64,000 bases of DNA. Source: Thermoplasmatota archaeon. GTDB taxonomy: Archaea; Thermoplasmatota; Penumbrarchaeia; Penumbrarchaeales; EX4484-36. Of the stretch, positions 57,885-64,000 are shown piece after piece. The notes under the pieces are model-generated. The model ran no database searches. It was not told the origin of the DNA and worked only from the letters and a program-made list of their open reading frames with translations. The DNA lies in assembly GCA_029932465.1 (NCBI GenBank), contig JAOZQA010000001.1, positions 2,953 to 66,952 on the forward strand, given 5' to 3'. The position numbers and the translations under genes are program-made. Position 1 is the stretch's first letter; each line of letters begins with the position of its first letter.

Positions 57885-58257
57885 ATGAATCACCATTCCT
57901 TCTACGCTCATCAGGGTATTTCAGGGTAATAAGTCTTCTTGCTGCAAGCTGCCTTAAGAATAAAGCTAGGGTGTAATAAACCGGGTCCACCCTCTCCCCA
58001 AAGTTCTCCCTGAGCTCTTTCCCTATCTCTCTTACATCTCTTCTACCATCTATCCTCTCCACCACAAACCTTCCAACATCATCAAGGTATGTCCTTTTAA
58101 TGCTGCCCCTTTTTGTAAACTTCAGACAGAGTCTTCCAAAGAAGCTTCTAGCTGTGGGTGAATAGAGGACCCCATCAGAATATCTCACCCCCTCGGCCAG
58201 TGAGGGCACGTAATTAAGCAGGTTCTTTCTACTTTTCCATCCTCTTTTTCTCACCAT
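57835..58257 (-). CDS. Stand-alone PqqD-like (RiPP recognition element fold) protein
   Basis: LDDVGRFV.E.IDGRR.V.EIG..L...FGE...P.Y..L..FL..L....LI pattern typical of PqqD-family winged helix. Confidence 0.7.
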   Translation of the reverse strand: MVRKRGWKSRKNLLNYVPSLAEGVRYSDGVLYSPTARSFFGRLCLKFTKRGSIKRTYLDDVGRFVVERIDGRRDVREIGKELRENFGERVDPVYYTLALFLRQLAARRLITLKYPDERRRNGDSYGTSRRKDKGKQKQSP

Positions 58258-58264
58258 ACCCACC

Positions 58265-60304
58265 CTACAGCCTGCGGCGGAAGGTTCTTCTCAGGGTCTC
58301 TCGGACCTCCTCTTTGCTCATCCCCTGGAGCGGTTTTCTAACAACAATGTAGAAGATGATATACATGAGATAGAGATATGCTATAAGCCCTGGCCACCCG
58401 GCGGCATCAGTGAAAAGGGCGATATTGATCTTCCCTATCTTGAAGATGGCGTTCACAACGCCCATCAGGGCCTCCCCAGCCACCAGGCCTGCGGAGAAGA
58501 TGAGCCCATAATTGAAGGTCTCACTTTTGAGTTTCTTGACACGCTCTTTAATGGCGTCCTCTGAAAGCATCTCCCGTCTCGCATCCACAACTCTGACCCG
58601 GTGCTCAATAAACCTCTCCGAGAAGTAGGCTATGAGGCCCCCTAGCATAATGGGGGTTGTTAGGGTGAAGGGCAGATAGATCCCTATCGCAACGGCCATA
58701 ACGGGCAGTTTGAACCTTATGAGAACAATGGCTATGATGACTCCCAGGATGAACATGGAGATCTCTATGTCTCCCTTAAATATGGCGACAACGGTTGATC
58801 CCATTATCACCGCCTGAGGTGCGGGGAGGGGGTTGGGGTGCCCGGGGGTCTTCACACCGATTCCATAGGCGCTTTCAAGCATCCAGACCACAGCGGGTAT
58901 AGTTATGCTAGCTGTAAGAACTCCGATAATCCTGCCCTTCTGGATGTCGTAGGGGGTGGCGCCCACCATATTGGCGGTTTTGAGCTCCTGCATGGAGTCC
59001 CCTGCGATGGCCGCCGATACGCATACAATTGCCGCAACCAGTATTGTGGCGGGCATCCCGACAGAGGGGTTCACCTGCAGGAGGTAGAGCATGGCAGCGG
59101 TTATGACCAGCGTGGATATGGTCACCGAGGAGATGGGGTTGTTGGAGGAACCCACGATCCCCGCGAGGTAACCTGCAACCGCTGTGAATAGAAATGCAGC
59201 TGCGAAGAGTACAAAGGTGGATACCAGCGTGGCTATGAAAAGTTTGAGGACATAGTAGTTAATAATGAACATGGCAACGAATATGATAACATAATAGGCA
59301 ACGTGCACCTGCATATCCCTTTCTGTTCTCGGCAGCTCTTCGGTGGATCCCACACCCTCTTCTTTTCCAATCTTAATGCTGGATCTTAACGAGTCCATAA
59401 GAGTTTTCCTTAGAGTCCAAAGTGTCCAGATGCCTCCAGTAAGCACTGCACCGACGCCGACCCATTTTGTATACTGGAACCAGACGGCGTAGACGGCGTC
59501 AACAGGGTTTGTTATGGGGTTCCCCTGGAAATCCACAGTTGGCCATCCCACAAGAGCACCTATAAGGGGGATGAGCACCAGCCAGCCCAAAACACCTCCT
59601 GCAAAGACCATCCCAGAGATTCGGGGTCCTATAATGTAACCCACTCCTAACAGGGCCGGCGAGATATTTAACCCCCCGAAAAGTCTAGCTTTTCCCCTGC
59701 CCAGGACATATTCCAATTTCTCCCTCCAAAGATTGAGGCCAGAAGTTGACAGAAACTTCATCCCCCCGGCGATCAGCATTGAGAAGGTGATGTAGTGGAG
59801 CATCTGCTCTCCGCCATACATGGTTATGAGAACCTTACCTGAGGCCACACCCTCCGGGTAGGGCAGCTTCTCCACCTCAATGAACACACGCCTTAACGGA
59901 ATGGTGAAGAAGACACCAAGGAGCCCTCCAACGAAAGAGAGAAGCATCACAAGGGGCAGGTGGTCACCAAGGGTGGCCCAGCCAGCCTGATGGTCGGTCA
60001 CTACGTATATGATGAGAAGAGCAGGGAAGGTGAAGACAATCCCAGCGGCCAGGGCCTCCCCCGCCACCCCTATATTCTTTGTCATGTTGGTTTCCAGGAT
60101 GGTTCCTTTAAGAGGTCTCATGAACGCAAGCCCTATGACCAGGGCTGGGATGGTAGCTGAGACTGTCATTCCCACAAGAAGTCCTAAGTATGCGTTGGCA
60201 GAACCCATGATAATGGTGATCAAAACGCCTACAAGGATGGACTTCACAGTGAACTCGGGCATGGACACGTGAGCCGGGACAAAAGGTTCCTCTTCTGCTA
60301 CCAC
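58265..60304 (-). CDS. OPT-family oligopeptide transporter
   Basis: EFTVKS, NAYLGL.VG.T, GIVFTFPAL, LPYPEG.A, NNP.S, GATP..Q, PAPQA, SAGLVAGEAL. Confidence 0.93.
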   Translation of the reverse strand: MVAEEEPFVPAHVSMPEFTVKSILVGVLITIIMGSANAYLGLLVGMTVSATIPALVIGLAFMRPLKGTILETNMTKNIGVAGEALAAGIVFTFPALLIIYVVTDHQAGWATLGDHLPLVMLLSFVGGLLGVFFTIPLRRVFIEVEKLPYPEGVASGKVLITMYGGEQMLHYITFSMLIAGGMKFLSTSGLNLWREKLEYVLGRGKARLFGGLNISPALLGVGYIIGPRISGMVFAGGVLGWLVLIPLIGALVGWPTVDFQGNPITNPVDAVYAVWFQYTKWVGVGAVLTGGIWTLWTLRKTLMDSLRSSIKIGKEEGVGSTEELPRTERDMQVHVAYYVIIFVAMFIINYYVLKLFIATLVSTFVLFAAAFLFTAVAGYLAGIVGSSNNPISSVTISTLVITAAMLYLLQVNPSVGMPATILVAAIVCVSAAIAGDSMQELKTANMVGATPYDIQKGRIIGVLTASITIPAVVWMLESAYGIGVKTPGHPNPLPAPQAVIMGSTVVAIFKGDIEISMFILGVIIAIVLIRFKLPVMAVAIGIYLPFTLTTPIMLGGLIAYFSERFIEHRVRVVDARREMLSEDAIKERVKKLKSETFNYGLIFSAGLVAGEALMGVVNAIFKIGKINIALFTDAAGWPGLIAYLYLMYIIFYIVVRKPLQGMSKEEVRETLRRTFRRRL

Positions 60305-60316
60305 TCCAATACCTCC

Positions 60317-60904
60317 TCAGGAACTGCTCTCCCTCACCTGCCAGGTCCAGATGTTGGCGGTGAGGCTCCATGAATTGCCGGAATCCACAAATGCAATGAC
60401 GTGGAAAAGCCCCATTCGGTGCTGGTCACCCGCATTTACCATGACCACGTTGACGGTCCAGTTGGAGGAGCCATACATTCTGACGGCATCCTCCTGGGTA
60501 AAATTCACCCGCAAGGTTATGCTGCCCTCTCCCCCGGAGGGATTGGCCACCTCCTCGGAGACCAAGGATATATTGAACTCCGGATTCAGAAGCTCTAGCC
60601 GGAAGGTGTCCGGTTCGTTCACAAAGAGTCTGTTGCGAGGAGGCTCGTCTTCCCACGTAAGGGTGATCCTGAGCTCTGCCAAGTAGAGGTCGTCAAGAGG
60701 AAGGGTCAAAGCGGTGCTCTCTCCCTCGTTGGTCTGTCCACTTTCAGTGTAGGCGGGAGCCTCCACAATGACATCTGTTATGGGGGGTTCCTCCTCCTTC
60801 TTTTTTTCTTTCGTGATGTTTTTCCCGGAGGCAACGGAGCCTACTATCACAATCAGAGCTATGAAAATACCCGCAAGGAGAGTCTTCCTGTCGCTTGGGT
60901 ACAT
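60317..60904 (-). CDS. Membrane-anchored hypothetical protein
   Basis: N-terminal TM then beta-rich domain (LTWED, W.V.V); last-but-one upstream gene of the OPT-PqqD-coaBC run; start ATG 60904. Confidence 0.6.
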   Translation of the reverse strand: MYPSDRKTLLAGIFIALIVIVGSVASGKNITKEKKKEEEPPITDVIVEAPAYTESGQTNEGESTALTLPLDDLYLAELRITLTWEDEPPRNRLFVNEPDTFRLELLNPEFNISLVSEEVANPSGGEGSITLRVNFTQEDAVRMYGSSNWTVNVVMVNAGDQHRMGLFHVIAFVDSGNSWSLTANIWTWQVRESSS

Positions 60905-60968
60905 CTGTCTCCCCCGAAAAGGTTCTTTGGGAAGTAACAGGGGGGATATCAACCATTCAAATATAAAT

Positions 60969-62171
60969 TTACTCCATGGCGAAATTAAGAATGCTCATCA
61001 AAGGCGAGGCCCTCACCTCTTTAGAGGAGAGTCTGGACATGTAGAAATAGGCCTTGAGGGAATCGGTGAGGTAGAGCCCCCCCTCGTCAGGGAGGCTGGA
61101 CACTACCATGCATGTGTCGGTGTAGACCTCAACTCCCGCCTCTTTCAACTTGTTAACGATTCCACTCTCCTTGGCGAGCTGAAAGAAAACCCTGTTAGTG
61201 AATAAAAGCAATCTCACATCTGCCCTCACCCTCCTTCCCCTCATCTCCTTGTAAAGTTCCTTCAGCTCCTCAAAGTCCAGATGCGGACATCCGATAACGA
61301 TAGTGGAGGCGCCTTCAAGCCCCTCCGATACGGAAGCCGTGAACTCTTCCACCTCCTTTCTTTCCACCACAGTTCGCTCCTCTATCGCCTCCTCAAAGCG
61401 GGGGAGTTTCCGTACGGCCTCCGGCGTGGCGCCCTTCACGTGCAGGATGGCACCATCCCCAAAAGCCGCAAGAGCGGCGCCCATTCTGTTGAGCCTCTTC
61501 ACGGAAAAGCGGAGGTCCATGTTGAAGAGGGGGACCTGAGTTCCGAATCTTGAGCCGATGTAGGCCCCCAACACCTGGCTTTCCCAAATTGTAACCTTCC
61601 AGTTCACTTTCACCTCAAGCCTCGGGAGACGGTTTTCTAGAATATGCAATCCAAAGTAAGGTGTGTAGCCGGCAATAGCCGCACAGAGGGCGGAGATGGA
61701 CCCCTCCTTGTTCGTTCGTGCCCCCAGAACGGAATTTGCAAAAACCACTGCGTTGGACTCCGCCCAGCTTATGTGCTCACCGAACCCCGGGATGTTATCA
61801 TCCCTATAGGGGATACAGGAGAGAGTGGGCTTGACGCCCATTCTTCTGTAAAGGTCCACGATCTCTCTCTGTTTTTCAACGAATTCTGGTGTGGCGGCAA
61901 AATAGGCACCCTGCATTATGTCCAGTCCGCACGGGTTAAGCGTGCTGTGGACGGAGACTGCAGCACCCCGGGAGACGAATTCTCTTAAGGTTTCCACCAG
62001 CCCATCACCGCCGGTTCTATACGAGACGCCTGAGATGTGCGCAGAGGATATGGGTATGAGATGGGGCGCTCCCACCACATCACCTATGTTGACCAGGAGC
62101 TTCATTGCCAGCATCTTCCCCTCACCCATCTCCCCCTCGAGCATCGCCTCCTGTTCCCTGTTCAGGTACAT
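60969..62171 (-). CDS. Aconitase X catalytic subunit (phosphomevalonate dehydratase large subunit-like, DUF521)
   Basis: AHISGVSY, TLNP, SCIPY, WAESNAV.FANSVLGARTN, GCPH, DTCMVV; start ATG 62171. Confidence 0.85.
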   Translation of the reverse strand: MYLNREQEAMLEGEMGEGKMLAMKLLVNIGDVVGAPHLIPISSAHISGVSYRTGGDGLVETLREFVSRGAAVSVHSTLNPCGLDIMQGAYFAATPEFVEKQREIVDLYRRMGVKPTLSCIPYRDDNIPGFGEHISWAESNAVVFANSVLGARTNKEGSISALCAAIAGYTPYFGLHILENRLPRLEVKVNWKVTIWESQVLGAYIGSRFGTQVPLFNMDLRFSVKRLNRMGAALAAFGDGAILHVKGATPEAVRKLPRFEEAIEERTVVERKEVEEFTASVSEGLEGASTIVIGCPHLDFEELKELYKEMRGRRVRADVRLLLFTNRVFFQLAKESGIVNKLKEAGVEVYTDTCMVVSSLPDEGGLYLTDSLKAYFYMSRLSSKEVRASPLMSILNFAME

Positions 62172-62324
62172 GCCCCCCAAATATTCAAAGGGGGTTAAGT
62201 AACCATCGCAATATCTCCTCATAAATCTGCGAGATTTAAGCGCCGCGGTCGGCGGGGCAAAAAGGTTTATCTATCCTCACATTTACCTACACCCATGGTG
62301 CACCAGTGGGGCGGTGCGAGGCAG

Positions 62325-63974
62325 ATGAAGACCACTTTAGTCCTCTTTCAAACAGTGCTTCTCACTTTACTTGTGGGTATCTCCTCCACCCCACTCACTC
62401 TATCTGCACCCCAGAGCGAGGAAGAGGAGTTCGACCATTATTGGTCCTATCTTGAGATGTCAGATGTCCTTAAAAGGTGGTGCACGGAGCACGGTGATAT
62501 AGCAAAGCTTGTCTCCATCGGGAGAACATACGAAGGGAGAGAGCTCTGGGCGGTAAAGATATCAGACTATCCCGAGCTGGAGGACGATGGGGGATTGGAG
62601 GAGGAGCCCGACGTTCTGATCATGGGGGCCCATCACGGCAATGAGTGGATATCCTATATGGTTCCTCTATACCTCATCCACTTTCTTCTTCATAATTATG
62701 GCAGCCCCGGGGTCAACGGGACGGTGGCTACTTATCTTGTGGACCACAGGGAGATATGGTTCGTCCCCATGGTCAACCCCGACGGGGTGGAGTACAGCAG
62801 GCAGACTGATCGGGGATGGAGAAAGAACCGAGAGCCGAACTATCTCTCTCAAAGGGGCCCTTCGGGGGAGTTTGAGCCCGATCTAGTGCCTTTCTCATAC
62901 GGTACTGACCTTAACAGGAACTACCCCTGGCACTGGGGGGAGTTGGGAGGTTCCGACCCCTATCTCTCCCGTTCACCAACCTATCCCGGTCCACCTGACA
63001 ACAAAGACGATGACGGCGACGCATTAATCCCGTTGGACCTATGGGATAAAAAAACCCCCTTGGGTCCTGAGGACGGAGTTGACGAAGACCCTGTGGACGG
63101 GATAGACAACGATGGGGACGGAATGGTGGACGAGGATCCCAACGGAGGCTTCTCCACCAGGGAAACCAGAGCTATACGGGACCTTGTGGAGGCAAACTCT
63201 TTCACCCTCTCCCTTTCCTATCACTCCTATTCGGAGCTTGTCATATATCCGTGGGGGTGGACGGAAGAGCCCACGGAGGATGACCTGACATTCAGAAAAC
63301 TGGCGGAGTACATCGCCCAGCCCATGGGATACAGAGCTATTCAGGGCTATGATCTTTACCAAACAGACGGGGACTCAGACGACTGGCTCTACGGGGTACA
63401 TCACGTCTTCGCCTTCACAGTAGAGCTGGCCCGAAGTTATCGCCCGCCGGAGGAGGAGATTGAGAGCATATCGGCGGTAAATCTCGGAGGCTTCATAAGA
63501 GCTGTCTCCTACGCCCACAACCCCTATCAGATCCACCTAAACATGAGCATTGAGAGCAGGATGGTAGAAGATCGCGTAAAGGTCATCTTGAAGGTGGAGA
63601 ACGACCGCTATCCCATCCCTCTACCGGAGAACCCCTTCGTTCTCCACTGGGTGGAGGGAAATGCGAGGGGAGAGGTCCCCATGGTGGCGGATGGAACCTA
63701 TTACGCTGCTGAGATCCCATGGGGAGGGGGTGAGGTTACCTTGTGGATTGATGGTAAAGACTTGGAGGGGAACCCCCTCATCTATCCCCTTGTAGGTGAG
63801 GATGGGGGGGGAATTGCCGTGGTTGAACCCTCTAGCATCAGTGCGTGGCCAGAAGTACATTTCACGCTCTCCACGGTGGTGGCGATGCTTCTCATACTCG
63901 GCACTGTATGGGGAGGATTCACAATCTCACTTCGGCACGCCGTGAGAATGGAGAGAGAGAAGAGCCAGATGTAG
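62325..63974 (+). CDS. Secreted, membrane-anchored M14 zinc carboxypeptidase
   Basis: Signal peptide; HHGNE (HxxE), NPDG, RKN, DLNRNY, SYHSYS, catalytic-type FTVEL; C-terminal TM. Confidence 0.9.
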   Translation: MKTTLVLFQTVLLTLLVGISSTPLTLSAPQSEEEEFDHYWSYLEMSDVLKRWCTEHGDIAKLVSIGRTYEGRELWAVKISDYPELEDDGGLEEEPDVLIMGAHHGNEWISYMVPLYLIHFLLHNYGSPGVNGTVATYLVDHREIWFVPMVNPDGVEYSRQTDRGWRKNREPNYLSQRGPSGEFEPDLVPFSYGTDLNRNYPWHWGELGGSDPYLSRSPTYPGPPDNKDDDGDALIPLDLWDKKTPLGPEDGVDEDPVDGIDNDGDGMVDEDPNGGFSTRETRAIRDLVEANSFTLSLSYHSYSELVIYPWGWTEEPTEDDLTFRKLAEYIAQPMGYRAIQGYDLYQTDGDSDDWLYGVHHVFAFTVELARSYRPPEEEIESISAVNLGGFIRAVSYAHNPYQIHLNMSIESRMVEDRVKVILKVENDRYPIPLPENPFVLHWVEGNARGEVPMVADGTYYAAEIPWGGGEVTLWIDGKDLEGNPLIYPLVGEDGGGIAVVEPSSISAWPEVHFTLSTVVAMLLILGTVWGGFTISLRHAVRMEREKSQM

Positions 63975-64000
63975 GTGAAACTAATGGAGAGGAAGGAGAC

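Overview
Archaeal chromosomal segment, probably an uncultured Thermoplasmatota/Thermoplasmata lineage. This is inferred from archaeal-type LeuRS, TyrRS, CCA enzyme, ABCE1 and the rpl18e-rpl13-rps9-rpoN-tRNA-Pro cluster, BRE/TATA promoters, a grpE-dnaK-dnaJ locus and many zinc-ribbon-tailed proteins. It is mostly housekeeping: NAD (nadX, nadC), CoA (pantoate kinase, coaBC), purine/MTA salvage, purA, glmU, an aconitase-X subunit and three tRNAs (Pro-GGG, Glu-TTC, Val-CAC). No integrase, transposase or CRISPR array is visible. Most unusual items: (1) two of the three tRNA genes are followed by a homologous ~55-nt trailer carrying an exact antisense copy of that tRNA's own T-arm plus shared flanking motifs, and at tRNA-Val a 74-bp perfect direct repeat starting in the T-loop brackets a 95-bp twin-hairpin insert; (2) a DnaK fused to three zinc ribbons and E(n)YYPRR repeats, with an extended GrpE and a DnaJ lacking the G/F region; (3) an apparently coupled operon of a KaiC-like ATPase, a disordered protein, a 1667-aa helical-repeat protein and a small membrane protein, using one of three KaiC paralogs that share the same non-canonical Walker A; (4) an OPT transporter paired with a stand-alone PqqD-like protein; (5) a probable CUG start for purA. 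All calls come from reading motifs by eye; no searches were run.
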